This document shows, in pieces, positions 10,792 to 20,311 of a stretch of 64,000 bases of DNA. Below the pieces are notes generated by a model. It ran no database searches and had not been told where the DNA came from. It saw only the letters and a program-made list of their open reading frames with translations. The stretch's first letter is position 1. Each line of letters begins with the position of its first letter. Position numbers and translations under genes: made by a program. The DNA comes from an uncultured Nitrososphaerota archaeon (GTDB taxonomy: Archaea > Thermoproteota > Nitrososphaeria > Nitrososphaerales > CADDZS01): NCBI GenBank assembly GCA_963799845.1, contig CAWCYI010000006.1:160001-224000 (forward strand). The letters are read 5' to 3'.

Positions 10792-11325
10792 TTAGCCGAT
10801 GTACGAAGTACTCGAACTATCGAATTTCTGAACGACCTCGAACTCTTTCGAAAAAGGCTGCTGAGAAAGAGACTGAAGCTGTGGGTACAACTCGAGCCAG
10901 TTTGCGCTCGCCAGCTTGACGCTCGGATGATCTGGGCCCAGGGCATCGCTGGAAACTCGCTGGGACACTCTGCGAACCTCAACTTCATCCAAATATCCCA
11001 GACTGTGCAAATACTCGTGAAGGAGAATCATAAACACGAAGGCGTTGATTTCCTTCGGGTTCTTGGTCACAGCCTGCATTCCGTTGATTAGAGATTTGTT
11101 TACAACGATGATATTGGCGCCGACTGGGTGATACGCTCCAACCGTACTTGGCATGTTCGCCAAAACAAGGCTGAGTCCTGCCCTGTGCGCACCCAGTTCT
11201 TCTTCGACAACTCTCTTCACTAGCTCGAATATTTCGTCAAAATTCTGCGCTCTATCTACACGTCTAGCGAGATCTTCCTGCCTCTCCTTCCTTGTTATGA
11301 AAAAGGAACCTGAGTTATCTTTCAT
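10792..11325 (-). CDS. Putative zinc metallopeptidase (HEXXH) of unknown function
   Basis: LLHEYLHSLG motif followed by a downstream Glu. Confidence 0.65.
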   Translation of the reverse strand: MKDNSGSFFITRKERQEDLARRVDRAQNFDEIFELVKRVVEEELGAHRAGLSLVLANMPSTVGAYHPVGANIIVVNKSLINGMQAVTKNPKEINAFVFMILLHEYLHSLGYLDEVEVRRVSQRVSSDALGPDHPSVKLASANWLELYPQLQSLSQQPFSKEFEVVQKFDSSSTSYIG

Positions 11326-11352
11326 GCTCTGTAGGGATCACTCTTGTTTAAC

Positions 11353-11695
11353 TTAGGCGATCTGATTTTTGGAAAGTAGTTTCTCATAAAATTCTGAAGG
11401 CGCTGCACCGATGGCTTGATCAACGAGCTTTCCCATCTTTGAAAACCATTATCGTTGGAATACTCATGATATTGTACTTCATTGCAAGCTCCTGATTATC
11501 GTCGACATTAACCTTCACAACTTTGACTTTTCCGGAGTACTTACCGGCAAGCTTCTCGATCACCGGCGAAACCATTCTGCATGGACCACACCATGGAGCC
11601 CAAAAGTCCACCATTACCGGGACATTCGATTGTTCCACTTCCTTTTTCCAGTTGGAGTCTGTTCCAACAACTATTTGTGGTGAAGCGTTTGACAT
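11353..11695 (-). CDS. trxA: Thioredoxin, with C-terminal frameshift
   Basis: WCGPC and SIPT motifs; shifted frame continues VDQAIGAAP... to a stop at 11353. Confidence 0.93.
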
Positions 11696-11764
11696 AAGTT
11701 CCTAATTAGCACCCGATTATATTTAAGGGTTCTGTCCCGAACTTCCGTAACTAGTCCCGAATAA

Positions 11765-12049
11765 TCATTCTGATATTAGTTTGAAACATATCCTACGCCG
11801 ACCCAACTCGGAATCCCCTTTTTTCAGATATGCCTCGACTATTCCAATTCTTTCAAGTAAATCCATGTGATCCATAACCGTAGAATATGAAGCCCCCGTC
11901 TCCTTCGCAAGATCGTCCGCCGTTTTGTCAGACCTTTCCAGTGCCTGAAGGATCTTCACGCGAGTGTCGCATGGTGTCACGAGTTTGAAACCAGAAATCT
12001 CGATCACACAGAACGAACCCATTCTGCTTGAGATTTCCCTGACCTTCAT
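11765..12049 (-). CDS. ArsR-like winged-helix regulator with three Cys
   Basis: TRVKILQAL..TADDLA...STV..H...LE..GIV pattern. Confidence 0.8.
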   Translation of the reverse strand: MKVREISSRMGSFCVIEISGFKLVTPCDTRVKILQALERSDKTADDLAKETGASYSTVMDHMDLLERIGIVEAYLKKGDSELGRRRICFKLISE

Positions 12050-12093
12050 ACTAAAAAAGTACGTGCAATCCTGGCTTTTTAGCGTTTAGCCCA

Positions 12094-12113
12094 AGTCCCG
12101 AATAATCGGGATT
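12094..12113. promoter_or_regulatory. Palindromic operator TCCCGA-N4-TCGGGA
   Basis: Perfect palindrome at 12096-12111 upstream of the ArsR gene; the 14-mer agtcccgaataatc recurs at 11753-11766 upstream of trxA. Confidence 0.6.
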
Positions 12114-12118
12114 GAAAC

Positions 12119-12355
12119 CTAATATCTATCGCTAGAGAATTCTAGATGTCTCTTCCACATTGCCTCGTTGTACGGCATTAACTGGTCTATGACATCCATG
12201 CTGGAGATGAGCATCCTTCTACAGCAGTACCTCTTTAGGCCCAGAGAGTTCAGAACCTTTGCAGGGTCCTCCCCGTTTTTCACTTGATTTACAAACTCGT
12301 TGTACTTGTCGGCAACGAGATTGCCGCAGGTAAAGCATCTAACTGGAACGATCAT
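12119..12355 (-). CDS. rpoN: RNA polymerase subunit Rpo10/N
   Basis: PVRCFTCG and RYCCRRM motifs. Confidence 0.97.
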   Translation of the reverse strand: MIVPVRCFTCGNLVADKYNEFVNQVKNGEDPAKVLNSLGLKRYCCRRMLISSMDVIDQLMPYNEAMWKRHLEFSSDRY

Positions 12356-12362
12356 GTTCTAA

Positions 12363-12779
12363 CTACCTGTATGATTTCTGTTTCCTTCTTCTGGCGCCCG
12401 GTCCGCCGAACTTTTTCGATTCAGACTGCCTTGCGTCGCCAGATAACAGATGAACGTCGTGTTCAATAATTCTTTTGCGCAACTCCTGTCCCCTTGTCCA
12501 GTCAACTAGGGCTTTGGATATAGCCATAGCGGAAGCTTCTGCTTGACCCATGAAGCCTCCTCCAGAAACTCTGACATCAATGTCAACTTTGTCACGTAGC
12601 TCTCCCGAAAGTACAAGAGGAGTCATCACTCGCTGGCGAGAAACGGTAGGAGTCATAATCTCCACCGGTACATTGTTTACTCGTATCTTTCCGGTCCCGG
12701 GCATTATGGCCGCTGTCGCTCTTGCTTGCTTTCGAGCTCCTGCATACAACTTGGTTTTTCTTGCAGTAACCATCTTCAA
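12363..12779 (-). CDS. rps9: 30S ribosomal protein S9
   Basis: V.GGG..GQAEA motif; C-terminus KKFGGPGARRRKQKSYR. Confidence 0.97.
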   Translation of the reverse strand: MKMVTARKTKLYAGARKQARATAAIMPGTGKIRVNNVPVEIMTPTVSRQRVMTPLVLSGELRDKVDIDVRVSGGGFMGQAEASAMAISKALVDWTRGQELRKRIIEHDVHLLSGDARQSESKKFGGPGARRRKQKSYR

Positions 12780-12784
12780 TCACT

Positions 12785-13282
12785 CTATTCTGTGGGCGCG
12801 CCTTTCCAACCTATTCTTTCTGCCACTTCGCCTAACGGGACATAATATGCGAGCGGCTTTGTTGCTCTTGCTTCCTCGAAATTTATGAACGAAATTTTTT
12901 CTAGCCCCTTCGGAACATCGGTGTAAACTCTCAACCTCCTCAGCGCAGAAATTCCACTCGGCTTCGTCCTGGGAATCATTCCTCTGACCATTCTAGTCAT
13001 GATACCGGCAGGCGTTCTCGGATGGAATGGACCGTGCTTTGGGTGGACGACGCTGGCTATCTTGAGCCTTTCAAAGAAATCGCCCATGACACTCGATCTG
13101 TGACCGCTGAAAAGCGCCTTGTCAGCGTGAATGATGACGACGCTATTGCCTGTAAGTAAAAGCTTTGCAACCTTCGAGCACATGCGTCCGATAATCTGTC
13201 CGCTAGCATCAACAAAATATTTGGTCGGCGCTTCCGATTTCTTCTCCATCTGGAGAGTCGGCTCTTGCAACGAGCTAGCCAA
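12785..13282 (-). CDS. rpl13: 50S ribosomal protein L13
   Basis: DA...I.GR..S.VAK, GPFHPR.P and VRGMIP motifs. Confidence 0.95.
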   Translation of the reverse strand: MASSLQEPTLQMEKKSEAPTKYFVDASGQIIGRMCSKVAKLLLTGNSVVIIHADKALFSGHRSSVMGDFFERLKIASVVHPKHGPFHPRTPAGIMTRMVRGMIPRTKPSGISALRRLRVYTDVPKGLEKISFINFEEARATKPLAYYVPLGEVAERIGWKGAPTE

Positions 13283-13625
13283 GTAGCAACACGCCCTTTA
13301 CCGAAGCATTAGTGTCCATAAATTCTCTTACACTCAAACAACTTCCCCCGGAAGCTTTGATTTTCGCTCTCGCATCCTTTGAAAAGGAAAACGCTCCAAC
13401 AGTTACTTTGTGATCGATCGCTCCCAAACCCAGCACTTTTCCTGGAACGAGGATCTTAGCACCGTCCTTCGAGTTCCGTGAAATATCCGAGACGTTTACC
13501 TCAGGTCTGTTTTTCCGGCTTGCGAGAACAGCTTCTGATGCGTCGCCCCAGATCATCTGTTTTGATTTCTTGGAATGTCTTTCCAGATCAAAGCCAAGTT
13601 TTAACCTGAATTCATTTTCCTTCAT
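13275..13625 (-). CDS. rpl18e: 50S ribosomal protein L18e
   Basis: VPGKVLG.G and FS..A..KI...GG motifs. Confidence 0.95.
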   Translation of the reverse strand: MKENEFRLKLGFDLERHSKKSKQMIWGDASEAVLASRKNRPEVNVSDISRNSKDGAKILVPGKVLGLGAIDHKVTVGAFSFSKDARAKIKASGGSCLSVREFMDTNASVKGVLLLG

Positions 13626-13637
13626 TCTAAATCACCA

Positions 13638-14282
13638 CTACTCGGCCAAAAGCTGGGCAGAAAATTCCTGAAGACTCTTCTGAAGCTTCTCTATGGATCT
13701 GATAAAGATCTCGGGAGCGGGGATTGAGCCGACTGATTCAATATACAACTCGTATTCATCAGGCTTACCGGTTTCGGATAGAACAGAAGCGGAAGTCGCT
13801 TGCCACTTTGCATGCTCGCTTCCCTTTCCAAGTCTGGCGTAAGCCTCGAGTTTTACTTTTTGCCCAGGCGCCAGCTTCACAATAGGGATAAGATCACTTA
13901 TGGGTTTAGTCTCTGGATCTTCTGAAACAAGATCGCCCGAATTTACAGTTCTAATCTTGTCGGTCGCCTCTGCATCCAACACAAGTAGCACCCGGCACTT
14001 AGGACATCCTAGCGCGCTCTTACAATCGCAATCCTCTGGAAGGTTGTATCTATTCAAGTCAGTCTTTAGCGGAATTAGACCCAACCTGTGTGCGACTAGT
14101 TCATCGAACATTACGGAAGAGTTCTCCAATATCACGACATCGTCAATGGCCATAGTAGGAACTTGCGAAATAGCAATCCTTCTAATTGCGTTCGCGTAGG
14201 CCCTCTCGACACCCTTCATCCGAAGCCTAATTCGGGAGGGCTGAGACTCTATTACATCAATTGTTACCACTAGAATAAACAC
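13638..14282 (-). CDS. rpoD: RNA polymerase subunit Rpo3/D
   Basis: ANAIRR, ENSSV.FDE.VAHRLGLIP and HAKWQ motifs. Confidence 0.96.
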   Translation of the reverse strand: MFILVVTIDVIESQPSRIRLRMKGVERAYANAIRRIAISQVPTMAIDDVVILENSSVMFDELVAHRLGLIPLKTDLNRYNLPEDCDCKSALGCPKCRVLLVLDAEATDKIRTVNSGDLVSEDPETKPISDLIPIVKLAPGQKVKLEAYARLGKGSEHAKWQATSASVLSETGKPDEYELYIESVGSIPAPEIFIRSIEKLQKSLQEFSAQLLAE

Positions 14283-14450
14283 TTCTCAAACAAAAATGAC
14301 AGAACGAAACTAATCGTAACAGAACCTCTGGGCTTGATGAGTTTAAAACCTTAACGGGTAGCATGATTTCTGCCGTTAACTTAAGCGTGATTTGAACCGA
14401 ACGGCCTATGGCCCAGACTGTCTGAAACCCTTCGTCATGATGTTAGGATT

Positions 14451-15487
14451 TCTCTTTTCCGACAATTATTTCGCAAGCTGGTAAATAGGAGTAGACTGGG
14501 AGAGTTTTGGAAGAGCGTAACAAAGCGTTACGAGAAACATGTGCCCGCGAAGCTTGATAGCGACAAGATCAGTTACCTCTTCAGAGCTAGAGAAAGGGGC
14601 GAGACCTGCGCAAACATTGCTCTCCAGCTCGGGGTGTCAAAGAGGAGGGTTGAGCAGATACTTGCCCAGCACAGGAAAGGTGGGGGTGCGCCTCTCCTCC
14701 TCAAGAAACCAGGAAGGAAAAGCATTCCAATTACCGACGAGGAAACTTCGCTCGTCATTGATGCTTATCAGAGATACAGGGCAAACGCCCTCTACCTTGA
14801 ACGAAAGATCGAGAGCGATAGCAAGATTCACATCAACCACAACAGGATACACAGGGTGCTCCTGATGAACTCCTTTGCGTCAAACTCTAGGAAGAAGTGG
14901 ATAAGGAGGAAGTGGGTCAGATACGAGAGGGAACACTCGAATTCATTATGGCATACGGACTGGCACGAGGTAAAGGATCCGAGGTGGAAGGGCAAGTGGC
15001 TCACCTGCTATGAGGATGATGCTTCTCGTCTCATTACCGGATTTGGGGTCCATGAAACGCTGACCTCGGAGTACTCTGTTTCCTGTCTTGAGAGCGCCAT
15101 GAAGGAACACGGCAAACCTGCATCGATCCTATCCGACCACGGAACCACATTTTACACGATGGAATCTGAGAGGAGGGAGAAGGGGATGACAGAATTCGAG
15201 AGGTGTCTCTTGAAGCACAAGATAAGATTCATCCTCGGAAGAGTCAACCACCCCCAGACGAACGGCAAGATCGAGAAGTTCTTCGACATATTCGAGAGTA
15301 AGATCAAGTGGTTCTCCTCGATAGATGAGTTCATGAAGTGGTACAATGAAGTGAGGCCTCATGGAGCCCTTGACCTCAAGACGCCAACCCAGGCTTACTA
15401 CGAGAAGATGCCGCAGTTAGATGCTCTTGAATATCCTTTGTCTATGGAGGTCTCCTGACAGATGCGAAATGATTTCTGGAAAAAACA
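14451..15487 (+). mobile_element. IS481-like element type A, copy 1 (1037 bp)
   Basis: 25-bp imperfect IRs; 15-bp TSD catgatgttaggatt at 14436-14450 and 15488-15502. Confidence 0.92.
14541..15458 (+). CDS. IS481-like DDE (rve) transposase
   Basis: N-terminal HTH; WHTDW, DDASR, SDHG, PQTNGKIEK and YNEVRPH motifs. Confidence 0.92.
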   Translation: MPAKLDSDKISYLFRARERGETCANIALQLGVSKRRVEQILAQHRKGGGAPLLLKKPGRKSIPITDEETSLVIDAYQRYRANALYLERKIESDSKIHINHNRIHRVLLMNSFASNSRKKWIRRKWVRYEREHSNSLWHTDWHEVKDPRWKGKWLTCYEDDASRLITGFGVHETLTSEYSVSCLESAMKEHGKPASILSDHGTTFYTMESERREKGMTEFERCLLKHKIRFILGRVNHPQTNGKIEKFFDIFESKIKWFSSIDEFMKWYNEVRPHGALDLKTPTQAYYEKMPQLDALEYPLSMEVS

Positions 15488-15588
15488 CATGATGTTAGGA
15501 TTGTTCAATGAATTAAACCGAACATTCGAAAGTGCCGCAAAAGATTTTCGTAAGTCGAGCGATTCTGGCAGAAGCGGTTGAACTATCC

Positions 15589-15993
15589 ATGGCACGTTCG
15601 TGGGAAGACAGGGTCGCAGAGTATATTGATTCACCAAGACTGCGCCAACGTCTGAAGGTCGATCAACAGATCTCCTGCGTAGTCGATGGTAATTATGGCA
15701 TATACAGAACTCAAGCTTCCTTGAAGAGCAAAACGAAGTCTTTTTCCTGTTCCTGTCCCTCAGACGACTATCCCTGCAAGCATGTGGTCGCCTTGTTACG
15801 GACGTACAAAATCCATCCGCGATCCTTCCTAGATCTTCATGCAATTATGAAAAGGCTAGTCAAGATGGAAAAACCCGAGCTCCTGGAGGTGATCCGTAAG
15901 ATGGTCGTTGAATCTCCGCCATCGCTATCCGCGTTGGGCGTGAAGGGCTTCGACGAACCTCGGATAGACTACGACGAGGAAGAAGGTTGGTGA
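15589..15993 (+). CDS. SWIM zinc-finger protein
   Basis: V.GNYG.Y and CSCP....PCKH motifs; likely ATG at 15589. Confidence 0.8.
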   Translation: MARSWEDRVAEYIDSPRLRQRLKVDQQISCVVDGNYGIYRTQASLKSKTKSFSCSCPSDDYPCKHVVALLRTYKIHPRSFLDLHAIMKRLVKMEKPELLEVIRKMVVESPPSLSALGVKGFDEPRIDYDEEEGW

Positions 15994-16063
15994 TCGAGCA
16001 ATCTATTTGCCTTCTGCTGGAAATAGGAAGGCCTTTATCCTGGGTACGCCCTAACGTATTTTC

Positions 16064-17574
16064 ATGACCGGCTCAAACAACCAGAAGAACGATTATGTGA
16101 AAGGACAAGAAAGGGATCAGCTCATCCTTTTTCCTGGTAGCGTTGAAGAGTACATCGATGAGGATAACGCTGTCAGAGTGATAGATGAATTCGTAGATAG
16201 CCTCAACTTGGAGGAGCTCGGGTTCATTCACTTCGAGCCGAAGGATCTTGGTGGGAGACCAGCTTACAACCCCTATGATCTGCTAAAGCTCTATCTCTAC
16301 GGATATTTGAACGGCATAAGGACGAGCCGGAAACTGGAAAGAGAGTGCAAAAGAAATATCGAACTCATGTGGCTCCTCAGGAAGGTCACACCAGACTTCA
16401 GGACCATCTCAGATTTCAGGAAAGATAATATCGACTGCATCAAGAAAGTGTTCGGGAAGTTTGTTGAGCTTTGCAAGGGTCTTGACCTGATATGAGGAGA
16501 GCTCGTTGGGATCGACGGAACAAGCTCAAGGCTGTCAACTCAAAGGGCAGGAATTTCAACAAGGGGAAGCTCGAATACAGGATAAAACGTCTTGAGGTTC
16601 ACGTAGCCGAGTATCTCAAGGAGCTTCAGGTGAATGATGACAAGACTTCTTCCTTCGCATCATCTTCTTCCATCGCCGATGTCACAGCACAACAACATGC
16701 CAAAGAAGAGATCGCGAAACTCGAATCCAAGAAGACCGAATACAACTATTTACTGGCAAAACTCAAAGAAATGGGACAATCCGAGGTCTCGCTCACCGAT
16801 CCTGAAAGCAGGACAATGAAGAATAATGAGCGGCTAGAACCATGCTACAACGCTCAGGTTTCAGTGGATTCCAAATTTCATCTTATCCCTGAGTATTACG
16901 TAACGAATGAACCAGTTGATCATTCGCAGCTTTCAAAGATTGCAATCAGCACAAAAGAAGTTCTTGGGGTTGGGAGATTGGATGTTACAGCTGATAAGGC
17001 GTACTTCAATTCGCAGAAGATCAAGGAATGTTTAGAGAGCGGAATCGTCACATACGTTCCTGAATTAGGAAAAGACGGAATTGTTGCCAATCCAATCGGC
17101 GTGCCAAAACCCGCGTTTTACAGAAACAAATTTCATTATGACAGTGAGCAAGACATCTACATCTGTCCAGCCAATCAAGAGCTTCTCTTTCGAAAGTGGC
17201 AGACTGACAGGTACGGCAAGAGAATGAAAATCTACAGAACTGAACGCGGAACGTGCAGTGCCTGCCAGTTCAGAGCCAGGTGCACAAAAAGTAGCTCAAG
17301 AGCAATAGAAAGGTGGGAAAGTGAAGAGATAATCGAAGAGTTAAGGTCGAAGCTCAAAACTCGTGAAGCTTCGAAGATAATCGAAAAGAGAAAGGAGCTT
17401 ACTGAACATCCATTTGGAACGATTAAGAGAGCGTTCAATCAGGGTTATTTGCTCTTGAAGGGTCTTCGTAAAGTCAATGGGGAAGTCGGTCTCACAATGC
17501 TATCTTACAATTTGAGGAGAGTAATCAACGTGCTTGGAAGCAAAAATCTCGTCATGGCAATCAAGAAAGCCTAG
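16064..17574 (+). pseudogene. IS1182-family transposase, disrupted near 16490-16520
   Basis: GRPAY.P, SRKLEREC, PDFRTISDFR, IDGT, TDPESR.M, ADKAY and EHPFGTIK motifs; in-frame TGA plus a frameshift. Confidence 0.85.
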
Positions 17575-17717
17575 ATACGGAAGAAAAGAAGTCGTGTGAT
17601 GCGGAGAGGCAAAATCCCAGCGAAACTCTAGCCTTGTGGAAACAAAAAAACCAGTGGCAAAATGAGGTTTTCAGACAGTCTGTGCCGAGAGCTCGCTCTC
17701 CTACCATTTGATTTTGA

Positions 17718-18298
17718 ATGATGGAAAGAGAACGAACTCCATTGGAGGTAATATACCACGCCATCTATCTAGTTTTCGAGGGACTGTCCTTCAGGGCATG
17801 CTCTCGAGCAATCGAACCATTCACTAAGAGAAGCCACGTTGCTGTCTGGCAGTGGTGCCAGGAGATGGGCTCGTACGAGAAGATGCACAGATTATTCAGG
17901 CTTGGAAGAGAGCGAGTTAAAATATTCGCAATCGACGAGACGGGAGTGAACGTTGCCGGTGCTGAAGCATACTTTTTCGTCGCATACGAGCCATTCGCAA
18001 ACAGAATCCTTGGATTATATTTCGCGTGGAACCCAAATTCCATATCAGTAGAAATGTTTCTTCGGGATCTAGTGAGCAAGTACGGCCACCATCCTGTCTG
18101 GACGGATGGAGGTGACTGGTACCCTCCAGCTTGTGTGTCGACGAATCTCAAACACCATGTCTACATGCACGGTTCTTGGCTCTGGAAGGTCATGGAGAGG
18201 CAGATGGAGAAGCTGAAGGATAGAACTGAGGGATTCGATGACCTGTTCCCTTGCAGGAGCCACGGTACAAGATGCAGATTGCAACACGTCTTCAATTG
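17718..18298 (+). pseudogene. IS6/IS240-like transposase, truncated by IS insertion and inversion
   Basis: IDET, TDGG.WY and ER....KDRT..FDD.FPC motifs; C-terminus lies inverted at about 49948-50046. Confidence 0.85.
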
Positions 18299-19334
18299 TG
18301 TTCTATCAAAGAATCATTTCGCTCTCCCACATGATTGAAGGATCTATGAGTTCCTCTTTTATTTCCATCTTCCTGTAGTAGGCTTCCAGTGGAGTTTCAG
18401 CTCTCTCCAGATCAAGGGCTCCGTGGGGCTTGATGCAGTTGTACCAGCGTACGCACTCCTCAATCGGAGAGAATCCCTTCGCGAGTCCTCTTTCAACCGT
18501 ATCAAAGAGCTTCTCCAATTTTCCATTGGTTTGGGGATGTCTCACTCTTGAAAGAATATGTTTGATGTGATTCCTCATCAGATAGAGCTCGAATTCAGTG
18601 AGACCTTTCGTTTTTGTTTCAGCTTCGACCGCATAGAAGGATGTACCTCTGTCTGAGAGGATTGATGCTGGTCTGCCATGTTCCCTGATCGCTTCCTTCA
18701 GGACGCTCACTGCATTTTCAGACGACGGAGAGTCAAACACGCCATAACCCATGATGTACCTCGATGCGTCATCCTCGTAGATTACCAGCCACTTGCCCCT
18801 GTATACTGACGATTTCATCTCGTGCCAATCGACGTGCCACAACGAATTGGAATGCTCCCTTTCATATCTGATCCACTTGCGCTTGAAGCGCGTCCTTGCT
18901 GTATTGTACAACAATCCTTCCTCCTTCAATACGCTATAGACTCGCATGTGGTTTGTTTCATCGATGCCGTAATCTCTCTTGAGGATTGAAACGAGGTAGC
19001 AGGCTCCGACGCCAAACTTCCTTGAAGCTTCGATGATCGCATTCCTCTCCTCAATTGGGATCTCGATTCTTTTTCTGCCTGCCTTCTTGAGAGATGGTAT
19101 CTCTCCGGATTCCCTGTATTGGGCATAAAGCTGCTCCACTCTTCTCACGGTGATGTTCTGGGTTGATGCGATATCCCTGGCTGCAAGGCCGCTCTCTCTA
19201 GCCTTGACCACCCACACCACCTTTTCCTCTGAAAGCTTTCTTGACCCATAGCCATGCTTCTTCCAGATGCTCCTCCAATAGTCCCCCAGCCTAACCTTGT
19301 TGACTATGGAGCGAAATAATTGTTTGATAAGAGA
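18299..19334 (-). mobile_element. IS481-like element type B, copy 1 (1036 bp)
   Basis: Ends tctcttatcaaacaattatttcgc and tgttctatcaaagaatcatttcgc; flanks match those of the copy at 50047-51082 crosswise. Confidence 0.92.
18306..19220 (-). CDS. IS481-like DDE transposase
   Basis: WHVDW, DDASR, SDRG and PQTNGKLEK motifs. Confidence 0.92.
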   Translation of the reverse strand: MVWVVKARESGLAARDIASTQNITVRRVEQLYAQYRESGEIPSLKKAGRKRIEIPIEERNAIIEASRKFGVGACYLVSILKRDYGIDETNHMRVYSVLKEEGLLYNTARTRFKRKWIRYEREHSNSLWHVDWHEMKSSVYRGKWLVIYEDDASRYIMGYGVFDSPSSENAVSVLKEAIREHGRPASILSDRGTSFYAVEAETKTKGLTEFELYLMRNHIKHILSRVRHPQTNGKLEKLFDTVERGLAKGFSPIEECVRWYNCIKPHGALDLERAETPLEAYYRKMEIKEELIDPSIMWESEMIL

Positions 19335-19352
19335 GGTTGACCTTGAGAACGT

Positions 19353-20309
19353 CTAGAGTTTAAGGAAGATCGGCATTCCGCTCGAACTGCTCGCGAGCGC
19401 GGCCTCGGCGATGGTCGTGTTGTTCAGGCCATCCTTCGGCTTGACGAGCGGAGCCCTTCCGTTCCGCAGGGAGTCGAGGAAGGCTTCCATTTCTGCGACG
19501 AGCGGTTCTCTGACGTCGCGCCTCGGAATTGTCGTCCCCTTTACGTCGTCGAACCGAATTTCCTGAGTGATAAAGTCCAGAGAAATTACTCCCTGAGTAC
19601 ACGCGATTGTCAACTGCCTCAATCTTTTAGGCGTTACCCAGTTGGAGACGATGAACGCAGTTTTCTTTTGATCGAAGCCGAGGGTAACCGCGGCAAAGTC
19701 TTCCCTTGATTCCGATAGAACGTTTCCAACTCTCGCAAAGACAACTTTCGGTTCTTCGTCAAACAGCCACCTCGCCGTGTCGATATCATGCACGGTAGTA
19801 TCAGCGACGATTCCGACATCGGTTATCCTCCCCGCCCACTTGTTTTCCCTGTGGAACTCCAGCAAAAGAGGCTCGCCCAACATTTTCTCCTTAATTGCTT
19901 TCTTCGCATCCACCACAGCTGGATTGAATCGCTCGATGTATCCGACAGTCAGGAATACGCCAGACTCCTTCGCAATCTCCACCAGTTTTTGTCCCTCGGA
20001 AGCTCTGGCCGTCATCGGCTTCTCGACGAAGGTATTGATCTTTTTTTCAAGAGTCTTTGACGCTACGCCAAAATGTGTAGACGTGGGAGTGCAAACAGTT
20101 ACCGCATCAAGCTTCTCCGTCGCAAGCATCTTGTCAAGATCCGTGTACGCGTTGCAGCCGTATTTTGAGGACCACAGTGTCGCCCTCTCCGGATCGATGT
20201 CGCACAGCGATGCGAGTACTCCGAACTCGCTGAACACTCTAAGGTGATTTTTTCCCCAGCCGCCCGTCCCGATGACTCCAATTCTCAACTTGTCCATTTT
20301 CCAGACCAA
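19353..20309 (-). CDS. Gfo/Idh/MocA oxidoreductase (WbpB-like nucleotide-sugar 3-dehydrogenase)
   Basis: GTGGWG, VEKPM, VGYIERFNP and D..VHDID motifs. Confidence 0.85.
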   Translation of the reverse strand: MVWKMDKLRIGVIGTGGWGKNHLRVFSEFGVLASLCDIDPERATLWSSKYGCNAYTDLDKMLATEKLDAVTVCTPTSTHFGVASKTLEKKINTFVEKPMTARASEGQKLVEIAKESGVFLTVGYIERFNPAVVDAKKAIKEKMLGEPLLLEFHRENKWAGRITDVGIVADTTVHDIDTARWLFDEEPKVVFARVGNVLSESREDFAAVTLGFDQKKTAFIVSNWVTPKRLRQLTIACTQGVISLDFITQEIRFDDVKGTTIPRRDVREPLVAEMEAFLDSLRNGRAPLVKPKDGLNNTTIAEAALASSSSGMPIFLKL

Positions 20310-20311
20310 CT

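Larger units (their letters stand above)
14414..17682 (+). mobile_element. IS1182-like element with SWIM passenger gene
   Basis: 14-bp perfect IRs cagactgtctgaaa (14414) and tttcagacagtctg (ends 17682) enclose the SWIM gene and the transposase. Confidence 0.8.
14369..18298 (+). mobile_element. IS6-like element, left part, interrupted by nested IS elements
   Basis: IR tctgccgttaactta at 14369-14383 preceded by agcatgatt; its partner IR and the reverse-complement 9-mer are at 49931-49954. Confidence 0.8.
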
